The position numbers and the translations under genes are program-made. Positions 1-26,900 of a stretch of 64,000 bases of DNA are shown here, one piece after another (the stretch's first letter is position 1; every line of letters begins with the position of its first letter). This DNA comes from Pocillopora damicornis. Taxonomy: Eukaryota. The notes under the pieces were generated by a model that saw only the letters and a list, made by a program, of their open reading frames with translations, was not told the origin of the DNA and searched no databases. The DNA lies in assembly GCF_003704095.1 (NCBI RefSeq), contig NW_020847369.1, positions 496,001 through 560,000 of the forward strand. Reading direction: 5' to 3'.

Positions 1-923
1 AAAATTATTTGAATAAAAGCAGTAGCTTTTGCAGCCCACACAGAATGTAGCCTTACATCTACTCTCCCCCTTTGCTGACAAAAGCCCTTCTCTATCTCTC
101 CCCTTCTGTAGTTTGAAGGAAGAAAAAAGATACTAACAAGAAAGGCTATTCTCTTATCAACTGCCTGTCTCACCCATGACAAAATCCAACACACTGCCAA
201 CTGGCAACAAGGCGAGCAGTTAACAAAGTCAACTCTTGGAAAAAGGCAAGATACCATTCTTCAGGACTCTGAAAGTCTCCTGCAGAGATCTGATTTAAAA
301 AAACAACAACAACAAAGTATAGCTGCTAAATTTATAAAAGAAAAATAAAATAGATTTAAAAGAAATTAATTACAATAACATAAGAAAAAATAAACTCTTT
401 ATTTACTTTGCAACTCAGAAAATGTATATGTGAATTTGTAGTCTGATAATTCAGGTGTTTTTGGTTTTAATTCCTTGTGTTTCAACACCCTTGTCAAAAG
501 GAATCAACAAATTCAGTGAAGGATGAACTGTCACTCCATATCCAAAAACATTAATTTACTGCATGCCATAATGATATTTACCCTTTCCCTCCCAAGATGT
601 CATTAATAATTCTCCTTACTATCTGCCATACAATTCCTTTGATATTAGTGTAGAGAATTGGGTTTTGGATCAACTAATGATTCCCTGAATGGATATTTTT
701 CTCTATTTTCATCACTTGTCTGCTTGATATTGTATTGATATTGCGAGGATAAATTTGACTGATGTTTGTAACTTATGGGAGTTATAGGGTTAATTGCAGA
801 GGTCAGTCAGCGAGGGGTAGAGTTGCTTTGAGTACCAAGTGTGGTTGTGATTTAGAAGTACCAGTACTCAAAGAGCAGTTTGTAGAATTAATTCAACATA
901 AAATTCGAACTTAACTGACATAC

Positions 924-4370
<3,447 letters not shown>

Positions 4371-4374
<4 letters not shown>

Positions 4375-4394
4375 CGGAGAAGACAAACCGCCAT
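4371..4394 (-). promoter_or_regulatory. Candidate uORF MAVCLLR* whose TGA overlaps the SELENOO first ATG (ATGA); its start lies in a YY1-like CAAGATGGCG motif
   Basis: Minus strand reads caagATGGCGGTTTGTCTTCTCCGATGA. It is out of frame with SELENOO. Confidence 0.5.
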
Positions 4395-5163
4395 CTTGGC
4401 CGAGGAAACGAATGGACTGGGGAAAGTAATGTTTGGTCTGAGGGATGAAGACAGATCCTGGAACGAGGTTTGTAAGAAACCATTCATCATCAAGGGGGAG
4501 TGAGACTCTCGGAGGAAAACATTTTGTCTTAGATGGACAAGTTACAACATCTTTGGCAAACTTTTGAGACTTCACAGCACAATAACCCCACCTTCACCCT
4601 CTCCCCCCAAGAAAAAGGGGGAGCCTCAATTCATGGCTACCAAATAGACAGAACAGATGTGTTGGTGGAGGGGTGTGGATGGGTATTCAAATGTTCTTAA
4701 ATTCTATCCCAAAGTAACCTCTACACAATTATGTTGAATCTTTTTTTCTGCCAGAGACAAAGAAATGTTTACCCTGCACACAAGGAAATCCTGGTCAGAA
4801 GTAACTGAACACTTTAGTTGCCTAAACAGGATGTGATTGTTCAAGAGGCGATTAGCTCCTATCCTGGATTATGCCAAACCTGCTTTCTGTTTCTTTTATA
4901 AAGGCATAGGTCACAACTAAAATTTTGTGGCATTTAATCTAAGTACTTTAATTGTTGAAAAAATGGAGCTGAGACAGAAAAAATCAAAAGTAATTATCCT
5001 TCTTAACAAAACCACAAAACAAAGTAATAAATTATAATCAAACTCTCTTGATGACAGAGAAAGTAAGTAACATCACACAAATAAGAGCTTAAGAGTGTTA
5101 TTTCCATTGTTCTTGTTTATTTGATTTTCTTGGATAAAAAAGATAAGAATTAACTCAAACCAG

Positions 5164-6033
5164 TTATACCCTTTTCTTCCTCCAAAGAGTACGATTTATA
5201 CCAGTCTGGCCTTTTGGTTTCCTATTGAGCCATCGATTTCTACCTGCTTTACCAATGACTCGATTTTCATGGTCAATATTGGAAACTCTCCCTAAAGTGG
5301 CCAAGCAATCAAGAGGAATGTCCTTCTCCTGTTTTGAAGGTAGTCGCAACCTTGCTGTAGTCTCAGTTTTATTGAGAATCTGGGCACATGTACCAGCAGC
5401 GCGCACGAGCTGAGCACCTTTTCCGGGCTGAAGCTCGACATTGTACACTACTGTGCCAATAGGAAGATGAGCAAGTGGGTAGGCATCCCCGGGTTTCAGT
5501 CTGGCAATAGATTGCGGCTTCCCTCGGAAAGCTGTGATAACATCTCCAACTTTCATCTCATGTGGTGCAGTGATGATTTTCATTCTATTGCTTCCATCCC
5601 CTGCCACGAGTGCAATACGACCAGAGCGACAAGGATCGTAGCCTATATGAAGGACTTTGTCTCGAATCGGCTTGGGTTCTTCATTTTCTTGTGGCACAGG
5701 AGCTCTTACAAAGTCCACGATACGAAATGTCTGTGGATGCCCTCCTCCCTTATGCCGTATGGCGATACGCCCAGTTTCAGGGTCTCGTCCTGACTTCTTA
5801 TGGTTACGTTTCACACTCCCGTCCTTGAGATAAGCTGGCACAGGAATGTTTGGCATACTTCGAGGTACCCTGATGAAATAATACTGAGTCTTGCCTTCCG
5901 CTACCATGCTTGTTGAAAAGGCACGGAGAAGCAAACTCGAGAGGGGTGAAAAATTACGCATTGAGTTCGTTGTGGTATGGCGAAAGACCGATGTACTCAG
6001 TTTTGCTACGGTAAGAAGCTCATTCCATGCCAT
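5164..6033 (-). CDS. MRPL2: Mitochondrial ribosomal protein L2 (uL2m), 289 aa, single coding exon
   Basis: uL2 motifs SGRDPETGRIAIRHKGGGH, YDPCRSGRIALV, PLAHLPIGTVVYNVELQPGKGAQLVRAAGT, LRLPSK, GKAGRNRWL. The N-terminus is Arg/Ser-rich, like a mitochondrial presequence. Confidence 0.96.
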   Translation of the reverse strand: MAWNELLTVAKLSTSVFRHTTTNSMRNFSPLSSLLLRAFSTSMVAEGKTQYYFIRVPRSMPNIPVPAYLKDGSVKRNHKKSGRDPETGRIAIRHKGGGHPQTFRIVDFVRAPVPQENEEPKPIRDKVLHIGYDPCRSGRIALVAGDGSNRMKIITAPHEMKVGDVITAFRGKPQSIARLKPGDAYPLAHLPIGTVVYNVELQPGKGAQLVRAAGTCAQILNKTETTARLRLPSKQEKDIPLDCLATLGRVSNIDHENRVIGKAGRNRWLNRKPKGQTGINRTLWRKKRV

Positions 6034-6080
6034 ATTTTATGAAAACAAAACTGACGTTCGGAGATGCAGGAATCACAAGT

Positions 6081-6633
6081 CTGAAAAAAATATATTTACG
6101 GCTGTATTTACAAAAGAAGAAATCAACGTCATAAAAAAACTTTGAAAGGTAGATTAATCCTTACTTTAACGGCGACAAGATTCAATAATCATCATAAAAC
6201 TTCAGATATTTAACTCACCAGATAGGCATCTTCAACTTTCAAGATGGCGGAGGCTTTAGCACACGAGATCTTATTTGACACGACATGATAACCAATTTTA
6301 TGCGGGTGCCGCTGACAACTAGAGCCGTAGGTACTTGTCTGATCTCAATACCCGTATGAATCGCAAAGGTCGCCATCTTTGAAAATCCTGTGTGTGTTGT
6401 TGTTGATTTCCAGTGGGTTATAACACATATTGCAAATCGATCTCCTGGGTAAAACATATTTTTGCTTCTAAGTTTTATTATATCAAGGATGACGAGTTAA
6501 TCTTGTCGCAAGTTTTGATATGGTTATGGGCTAGATAGCCTTATTTTCGCGTACAGATTGAGTATGTTCATCCGCAGAAAATTAACAGCTATATTTGATT
6601 GGTTATGCATCAGTTTCGGTTTATATTCTGTAG
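6081..6633. promoter_or_regulatory. Bidirectional MRPL2/NDUFS1 promoter with putative 5'UTR introns (minus 6218-6081; plus 6449-6633) and two opposed YY1-like motifs (6240-6250, 6371-6380)
   Basis: The ATGs are 610 bp apart and divergent. Minus strand has donor TG|GTGAGT at 6218 and acceptor T-tract-CAG at 6081. Plus strand has donor GG|GTAAAA at 6449 and acceptor TTCTGTAG at 6633. CAAGATGGCGG occurs on + and AAAGATGGCG on -. Confidence 0.6.
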
Positions 6634-6643
6634 ATTCTGCAGA

Positions 6644-17860
<11,217 letters not shown>

Positions 17861-18982
17861 AAATCATCCTGAGACCAAAAATCTCCTGTGATTTGTAAAT
17901 GTGTATAAATCGCTTTTTGAAGCCATTTGAAAGAACCGAAGGCGCACATTGTTGACGTGATTGACAGGCTTCATAATTTTTTTAAATTGGTTTTCTTTGT
18001 AGTCTTCTGGCAGAGATTAATTTATCAGTTAGAATTTCAGTCTCGCGATAATATCTTGAACGAGAGTTTCAACTTGTCTAAACAAAACTGATCTGAGTCG
18101 ATTTTCTTTAACACAACACTAAGATTTTATTTTCAATGGGAAGTGTGACGTCCAAGGAAAGTTTTTTACGACCCCCTTGGTCTAAAGCGAGGAATTTGGT
18201 AAATTTATTAAGAGGAATAACCCATCGTAAAAAATTAACGAGTGGTTCTAACTTGTCAGAGTTATTTTTGCATAGTTTCATTCGTTATCCTGAATGAAGA
18301 TGACAACATGTAATAAAAACATTCAAGATGAATGGAGATCTCGTCTGTTAAGACTGCGTTTTGATGCAACCCTGCGCTACTTAGGGAAACAAACCTTGAA
18401 CACATGGGCAAGTTAATATGTATCTGTTGGGAGGCCCTAGTAGTCCACTCAAGATTGGCCTCAATTTGAACCGTGAGATATAGTACGAAATTCCCTGTTC
18501 GTCTCTTTACTGCTATTTGAAAGGGTATACAATTCTTTTTGCTGAGGACAACGTACTCGTGTTGGTTTGGTTAAGATTGTGGTTTATCAAATCGTTTTAC
18601 CATCTATTACGTTTTCGTCGACCACTCTGCTTTAACCTTTATGGTAAAAACTGTTTCATTCTTTGAAGAATTTAGGATTTAAGTTAATGTCGACTACACC
18701 AAGCCCCTCCACTTTTAGAGGTACTTCTAGAGTTTGACGCGCGCGCTGAAATTAGATTCACAATTGTATTGCGTCATAGAGGGACAATCTTGCCATAGCG
18801 GAAACTGCACAGATTTCACGAATGTTTCAGCCTACCAGTCGTCCTTCGCAATGTAGTTCTGACCGTTAACTAAAGCGCCTGGCAACAGGGTGCATCGCCA
18901 ATTGTGTGATTTCTTGAGAAACGTCCTTCTTTAAGGGAAAGCGATCCAAGTTCTGTTGGCGCTTACGTTTGAAAGAAATATT

Positions 18983-20808
18983 ATGTCCAGCCATAAAGAT
19001 ATTAATGACACCCGCTGCAATGTGTGTGGACTGATCCGTCCGTGTCCGTGTGATGCGGAAAAATCGATACATGATATCGGACACAGGGACAAGGGAGTTG
19101 ACCAACCCATCATTATTATCAACCACAGAAGAATGTCTAAAAGAAGGCACTCATATCCTGCACCAGGTAAGATTCAATTGAAAGAAAAACAAGTAAACCA
19201 CGATTGTATTGGCTCTTCTTCATTGCCCTGTCTCAGATTGCTTTAGAAAACCCACGGCGTTATTTCAGCCAGTCCGGATGTAAAATTAACAACTTTGACG
19301 AGGTCATTTATATAGCAGTTACAAGCACTTGAGATTTTGAAACCCATTTATTTCAGCTGTTAAAGCTGTGATTTAGGTCAGTGCGAAGTCAGCGAGTTGC
19401 AAAAAACTGAGCACTAGCCAACTAGATGGGCCAATCTTACCCGTCAAATAGCCCGGATAGCCAATCAAATGACACGATTCACTTCATCTTTCCCGCTCAC
19501 AGACTTAGCCATATGATAACTTGGCTTTTCTAATTTTCAGGTTTGCACAGCCATAACGAGGCGGGAGAGGCGCGTGGCCGCCCCTCAAAAGACCAGCAAT
19601 CAACCGTCGAGACCTTAACAAGGCATGCTGACCTTCAAAGGACATTGGCCGCGACACAGAAAAGCGGGAAAGCCTCGACGTTTCTTAAAGACATATTCGC
19701 TGCCAATCCAGATAACAAAATGGCTCTGAAACTATTCGGAAATAAGGCAGCAGTTCTTATAGAACAACGTCGACAAGCGCGGAAGGGCAAAGGCGTCATT
19801 CACCCCTTCAGCACATTTCGCTGGTATTGGGACATCTTACTGATTATGTTTATCTCTATGCATGTTATTCTTCTACCTGTTAGTATCGCTTTCCTAAGCG
19901 ACGATCTCTCGCTACATTGGCTCATCCTCAACGGTATCTCTGATTGCATTTTCCTCATAGACATTTTTTTAAATTTTAAAACTGGTTTTATTGATCCCAA
20001 CAATAATGATGAAGTTATTTTAGACAAAAAGATTATTCGCCGGAAGTACGTGCGTAGTTGGTTTGTCATCGATCTGGTTTCGTCACTTCCTTTTGACTAC
20101 GCCTACTTTATAGCTTCATCCTCGTCCACACAGCAAACGCTGATTAAGGCATCGCGGGCTCTTCGTATCCTCAAACTTGCTAAGTTGTTGAGTCTTCTCC
20201 GACTTCTTCGAGTCTCAAGATTAGTGCGATACATCAAGAGATTTGAGGAGGTATGTCCGTGTTAGCATGGGAAATAAGTACTAGTTTATGAGGGACACAT
20301 CATCTTACACACATGAATCATTCGCGTGTTCGTGTCAAAATCTGGAATGAGATATCAAGAGAATATTTAATTTTGTCAGAGAAATCCTTCAAAAAAAAAA
20401 AAATCAAAATGGGCTCTTCTCAACAGTCTAAGAACAGTCTAAGACTTTATATAAGATTCTTATATGGAGCCTGATGGGATAATACTAAATTTCAAACACG
20501 GCAAAATTGAAACAAATTGAACCAGTCCTACAATATCTTTCGTAAACTTAGAAACGCAAGGACTTTTTCTCCTTTACAATGAGCATCTATCATTTTCCCT
20601 TTTTTCTTTTCTTGATTATTTTTTAATGTCTTTTTACGTGTTATTTCTTCATTTATGTGTTATTTCCAGTGTAATCAGATTTAAACAAGTTAAATTTACT
20701 GTAGTTAAGAAAAAAAATTGACCCGCCTCGATTAGCATCTGATATCTGCGGGTCAAAGAAATATCTGGTATATATATATATATAATATTCGTAAGTATAT
20801 ATTAATAT

Positions 20809-20850
<42 letters not shown>

Positions 20851-23800
20851 AATTTAATTGAATTATGACATAACATTGGTTTAAAGCGAGGTACGAGTTG
20901 ACCTTTGAATGGAAGGGCAGAAATAAAGTGGCATACTCACTGTTTGCGTAGTTGTCTAATGACGGACATCAAAATTTAAGAAGTAATCCGCTTCATTGGC
21001 ATTTAACTCCCAAGAATGACCAAGACAGAATTTCTCCTTACAATATCGATACAATAACAAGACAAGTCATGAAAATGAAGCAAAATTTTAATTTGGGGAA
21101 TATTAGTTAATTCATTACCAAAACTTCAAACTTATATTATAAGAATTGTGTGGTAGACAGTAAGGGGATTTACTTATGAGATCTTGAGGATGGAAGGATT
21201 TAGAGTGTGGGAGAAAACAAAATGAGTCCTCGCATGAATGAAACCGCAGACTTTCGGAATTTGTAGTCCGATCCTCAACTATTGGCGTATTTAGTTATTG
21301 TCATACGCAATTTGTCATCTGCTAGTTTCAAATGTGACAAATGCACTGCATACGGCCGGGATTAGTATTGTCGAATCTATCGAGTGTTTAAATAGAGTAG
21401 AAGAGTAAATTTTGAGCTCAGATGTCGAAAAAATAACACTATGCATAAAAACAATCTTATCATAGTTAAACTCAGATCTACAGAGAGGACTATGCATCCT
21501 TGGGCACATAACACACTGACTGGGCCAGACTTGGTCCGATTTTCCTTGGCAATAGAGTGCATTCTAAGAGCGTTGGAACATTCGGAGAACTCATGCGACT
21601 ACTTCCCGATGGTTAATCCATTGCAAGTTACTCCCCCCCTGAAAGTTAGCCGATAGTTGACGAAGAAAAATTAGACACTGCACGAACGATGATTGCTTAG
21701 TCTACGAAGAATAACTTTTAAAAATATGACATCGAGTCATGAAATTTATCTGACGATTCACCAGACTAAACGATATTATTGCAAAGCTTAAGTTTACAAG
21801 CAAACGCCTTATCTCATACCCTTGCTACTGCTTTTGTATTTGTCATGGCTGTTATTTCAATTCAATGTTGCAGTTGCTGAATATATCTAGTGGTCAGATT
21901 CGTATCTTGAAGCTGATTGGCTCCATGCTGTTGTTGTCTCATTGGAATGGCTGTGTCCAGTTTCTTGTCCCGTATCTGCTGGAATTCCCAGAAAACAGCT
22001 GGGTCGTCATCAATGGATTAGAGGTTGTTATGATGTTAGGGCTGTGTGTCAAATAACGTGTGGCTGTAACCAAAATCATCGCCTTAAACGATGCTCGGAA
22101 ATAGGACAATTTGTAGAGGTGGTGGGGGCAAAGGCAAGGTCTCAAGGGGGAAGGAGGAGGGAGGGGGGAGGGGAAGGGAGGATAGGTAATTTTTTTACTT
22201 GACTGACGCCGACCCTAAGCAACAATCCCTGGATCCTCTCCTGTTTCATTTGAAAGTCTAAGGAAATCTGAGAGTGCATTGGTTTTTCTTTAGGGACCAG
22301 TCATAAATTAGCTCTCTACCATATGACACTGAAGTTGCAGAAGAGACGCACCGTTTTTTTCCTTATCCCAGAAGACTGGAATGTCTGACCAAACCATTTG
22401 CAGATATACTTTCTCTGGAAACACGCTCCCTCATTTATGTGAGGACCCTGTGTTTTAGTGCACCCTCAACCTCCCGAGGGGAGTAGTCCGGTGCACTGGA
22501 AATTGATGGATGGCGATAACATATGTCTTGTTGTGTCTTCTAATTCAGGACCAGCCCCCAGCCATGCAGTATAGCTGGGCGCTGTTCAATGCCATGTCCC
22601 ATATGCTCTGTATTGGCTACGGACGGTATCCACCTCAGGCCATCACTGAATTGTGGATCACGCTGTGCAGTATGACCATAGGCGCGACCTTCTATGCAGT
22701 CTTCATCGGCATCATGTCCAGTTTAATAATGTCTATTGATTCGTCAGGACGGCTTTACAACGAAAAGGTAAGCAGGAGATGGGAGAGCAGTAGCACCCAT
22801 GGCAATGATAACGAGAAGCTTCGACGAGATCAGCGCATGCAAATCTTTACAAAACGAAAGCTTTGTAAAATCTCTTTTATCTAATTTATAAAATAATCAA
22901 AAACCAACTGCCATGATTATAAGAACTGTCTCACCATGTCTGCGAGGATCTAACCACTACAGAATGCTACAAAATGTTACAGTGTTACCAGGGCTGAAGG
23001 TCGGCTATACCTCTTGTTTTTTTGAGTCAAAAGCACTAGCCACAATACCACCACTCAAATGCAGAGAGAGAAAATAAAAATTGAAGCTTATATGACAGGG
23101 AAGAAAGACGGGAGGGGAGGGGAGGGAAGAGTTATGGGGCACGTTTAGAAACATATCATAAAGTATTGTTATTGCTTCACCTTACAGCTGGTTTAGAAAC
23201 ATATCTGTTATCATTAAGTTTTCTTAGTCCTCCGCCTTACATTTGAAAAAATGTTGTAAAAAGCGACTATTGGGCATTTCAGTTGAGTCAAGTGAAGGAG
23301 TATATGCGATACCGGAAACTGCCGCTGCGCATTCGTCTTAAAGTGGAGGACTATTACGAACATCGTTTCCACCACAAACTATTTGATGAGGATATGATAC
23401 TCAGCGAACTCTCCAAAGCACTGAGAGTGGTAAATATTCACTGATTGTTCGCCTAAAATTGCCTGACGAACCTAATAAGACCAACATGAATGGCAAAAGC
23501 AATTGGCACGCCTTCCCTTAGAGGTGATCGATAAATATTGACTCCACATAACAAAGTTCCCCCCTCCCCCTAAACAATGATGACCGGTGGTGACCATTTT
23601 TTAACACCAGTACAAGCACCAAGCAACNNNNNNNNNNGAGAGTTATAGAAAGTTATGAAAAAAAAAATCAAAAAGTGGAAAAGCGTGCTAAGACTTTTGC
23701 CACTCATTGTAGTTAACTCTTTAACTCCCACAAGTGATTAACATGTAACTTCTCCTTATAACATCCACACATTATCCAGCCAACATGTAGTGAGAATACT

Positions 23801-26800
23801 CAAACTTATCAGATAGAAGTTAGTAGTCTTGATCTAACACCAAATTCTTGCAATTTATTTACAAGAAAATGTGTAGCAATCAGAGGGAAGAGTTAAAAAT
23901 TATTATTATATATATAGGTATTTTCGATCGGTGAAGTAGTACCCATCCCATAGGGGAATTTTTCATGGTCATTGAAAAGCAGTGTAACAATATAATAAAT
24001 GTTAACTTTACAAAGGTAATTATTAGCTTCTAAAGAAACTGTTGTGTTAGGCGGGCATTTCAAACACTTCTGTCACTAGGCTTAACTAGGTGTGGCTTTT
24101 ATTTGATCCTTTCTCTGCCCGTTTAGTTAAATATCAATTACTGTCCTCTTTATAGGTGAGAGAACTTTCCAATATCATTTTACTTCCGGGGTTAGAGGTG
24201 TCTTGGTAAACTATCCAATAAGACGGTGTCATAATTCAAAGAATGGCATCTTGCCTTTTCTTCTATGGATGATTATGAGGCATTCAATTATCAAGATATA
24301 TAATAAGCAGAATTAGGCACGCATTTTGATTGATTCTTATGATCTGTTAGAGGATCAATACATCAATGAATCATCATTAACCATCCTTAATAATTTTTTC
24401 ATCATATAAAATAAGGTGATTCTATGTTGCCGTGGGTCCCTTAAGTAATATACCACAGAAGACACCAAAATGTGGAAGGAACATTGGTGACACACTCGGC
24501 AGCGCCTCATTTCCCAATCATTTGCCTTACCACATTTTGTCGTCATCTATGGTCTATTACTAAAACAGACGCACGACAAAAAGAAATCCATTTGCTAAAT
24601 GTATTGGATGCTATACCAGCAAATTTCTATACTTGGGTTTGCAGGATATTTTGGTTCACAACGTTAGCACATTGCTTCAAACAGTACCCTTTTTCAGTAA
24701 CGCCAGTAGTCAGTTCATCGAGGATATCGTTGGCAAACTGCGATTCGAGGTGTATTTGACTGGTGAATATATTTGTAAGAGTGGACGCAAAGGAGATAAG
24801 ATGTACTTTATTCAAAGGGGAATTGTCGATGTTCTGACAAAAGACGGCACTTTAGCCACCAGCCTCGGGGACGGTTCACACTTTGGGGGTAAGCTGGTAG
24901 CATTTGGAAGTGAAGTGTCTCCTTACGGGACTGTTTGTTATTTATGAGAGGGGGGAGGGGTGGGGATCGGAAGAATTTGCAGTCAATGTTTCTGTAGCCT
25001 TCCCTTTAAACTCTCTAAGGGACGACTGATCATCCCTCCCTTTTCTCCCCTGAGAGCCATGTGATCCCGACAGAATCCTCCACCCCTCCCCTCACAGGCG
25101 ATGAATAGGCTTAATTGCTCGTAAAGTAAATATTTGTAAAGTAACGCAAACTTATCAAGTTAGTTGCTTCTATCAAATAATTTGATCGTGATTACTATCC
25201 AACCCAGAACTTTCACTCAACATTTGTTTTCTTATACTCTATACCGTTGTAATTTTTGAAAGTTACAAACGGTGGCAGTGTTGAAAGGAAACCCTTTTAC
25301 GCCGGAAGACACAAGCATGTTCGGCATACAAAATATCCGAACCTGGCGATAACTGTGGGTAATTACAAGTTGCCCTACCTTTTCTCTTCAAAGCCATTCA
25401 TGTATGAAAACAGCAAGTCTAGGAGCTCGAAAGTCTGTTAAACATTTATCCAAAAGCTAAGGCAGGCATGGCTGTAAACTCATGCCACTCCAGTGGCAAA
25501 AGCTTTACACCTCGCTCCATTCACGCTCTTCATGTACCCTTGCCAGTAGCCTCGGTCCTCCGCCATTCACCTAACTGGTTCGGTGGCAAAGTTTCAGATT
25601 TAGAAATCCTTGATATAATGTGTATTTCCTCGCCAGAAATATGCCTTTTAACGCGAGAGGCACGCAGAGTAGCCTCTGTCCGAGCTGCGACTACCTGCAA
25701 TCTGTACTCGTTGTCCTCCCTACATTTTCATGAGGTACTTCAGGAGTATCCAGATATGAAGCTCATGCTGGAGGAGGTCGCAAAAGAGAGACTCAGTCGC
25801 ATAGGGCTTGAGCCGACCCTAAATGAGCCGCTGACAATGGAGAAAGAAACAGAGAGGTTAGGTAGAAGTGATATGGAAAGCGAGCTGGTAGAAATTAGGC
25901 CTGCTGGTTCTGGGTTGTGTAGGAAATTTTGTATCTGAGACAAAGACCCGCTACATAAGTCAGCTGCAATAAAAGCAAACCAAGAAAGAATTCAGTCAGA
26001 GCTAGACTTAGGTCACTGGTCCATAACTTCACACGAAAGAACGACGCGAACTGAAGTGTTAGGGAAAGCCCATTGTTTGTCGTCTGAGGGGAGGGTGGGG
26101 AGGGTCGGTAGTTGGCAGTTACAATTTGTATGATCCCCCTACCGAGGTAGCTCTCTGTAAATACCAATTAAGTCTGTTAACGACGACTGATTACCCCTAC
26201 GTCCCCTCTGAAAATCACGTGATCCCTCAAAATTCCTTCGATCCCCAACAGGCCACAAACAAGGACAGGTCCCTTCGTAATGTTAAGAGGTTAAAAGTTG
26301 ATGACAAGTCGCAACAGTGAGGTTTTCAGTGAGTCTTAAGTCGTAATATTACACTCAAACTGTGAGTATCTTTGAAATGCAACACGGTCTTATGCAAAAT
26401 TTAAATTTAACACTTTTCGCAGGGCACTATTCAAAGCAGAGGAAGACTCCCAAACGAAAGCTCTTAAGCTTCATCCCATCCAAAAAGAACCGTCTACTTC
26501 CAAGAAGACTACTCCTCTTCCGCAGTGCAAAAAGGCTGTCACGGAAAAGGAGGTTACCACGGCTTCAGATGCACCACAGGTTACCAATGTAGTAGCTGTT
26601 CGAAAGCGTGCCGCGTCTTTACCAGCTGCGCCAATGGATACCCCTCCTTCACCTGGTTCATGGGTTGCCTCTTCGTCTACCAACCAACAGCCTGAGGACA
26701 CATCTCCACCACGAACCGACAGCCCTTCGCCCAAGAACAAAGGGAAGATTCCTCCATTCCTAACAAAAGCGATCTTTAACACTGTTGCACCGGGATTGTC

Positions 26801-26900
26801 GCTTTTCGCGCAAACGCAGGAGCCTGGATTGGACGTCGTTGTCGAGGAGTACAGTGACGAAGAAGACCCGGATGTGATCGCAATCATGGCAGACTTTTAA
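18983..26900 (+). CDS. Hyperpolarization-activated cyclic nucleotide-gated (HCN) cation channel. Exons approx. 18983-19166, 19541-20250, 21874-22023, 22549-22767, 23283-23429, 24645-24888, 25637-25856, 26423-26900
   Basis: HCN domain/S1 [12 protein letters not shown]; S4 [27 protein letters not shown]; pore [14 protein letters not shown]; C-linker [12 protein letters not shown]; [24 protein letters not shown]. Exon phases are consistent. First and last exons are less certain. Confidence 0.92.
20769..20846. repeat. Interrupted (TA)n microsatellite
   Basis: Directly visible. Confidence 0.9.
26060..26275. repeat. MITE-like repeat in HCN intron 7; related copy near 24945-25105 in intron 6
   Basis: Imperfect inverted ends (AGGGA..TTGTTTGTCG / CCACAAACAAG..TCCCT) and a shared GACGACTGAT..CCCTG..GTGATCCC core. 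Confidence 0.45.

Noticed and set aside
1-923. Further SELENOO exons or SECIS
   Set aside because: None recognised; the region appears intronic and the 3' end of the gene is outside the window.
4375-4575. N-terminal extension of the 203-aa ORF 3964..4575
   Set aside because: The ORF track start is a GTG. The region upstream of ATG 4374 looks like promoter/UTR, with no SelO similarity.
5164-5240. uL2 lacking the bacterial C-terminal HPHGGG region
   Set aside because: This is normal for animal mitochondrial uL2m.
5225-6145. Plus-strand ORFs antisense to MRPL2
   Set aside because: Shadow ORFs of a coding exon with no recognisable motifs.
25939-26152. Open frame after the TGA at 25938 suggesting stop readthrough or Sec
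   Set aside because: It runs into a MITE-like repeat, with no readthrough motif or SECIS visible; consistent with chance.
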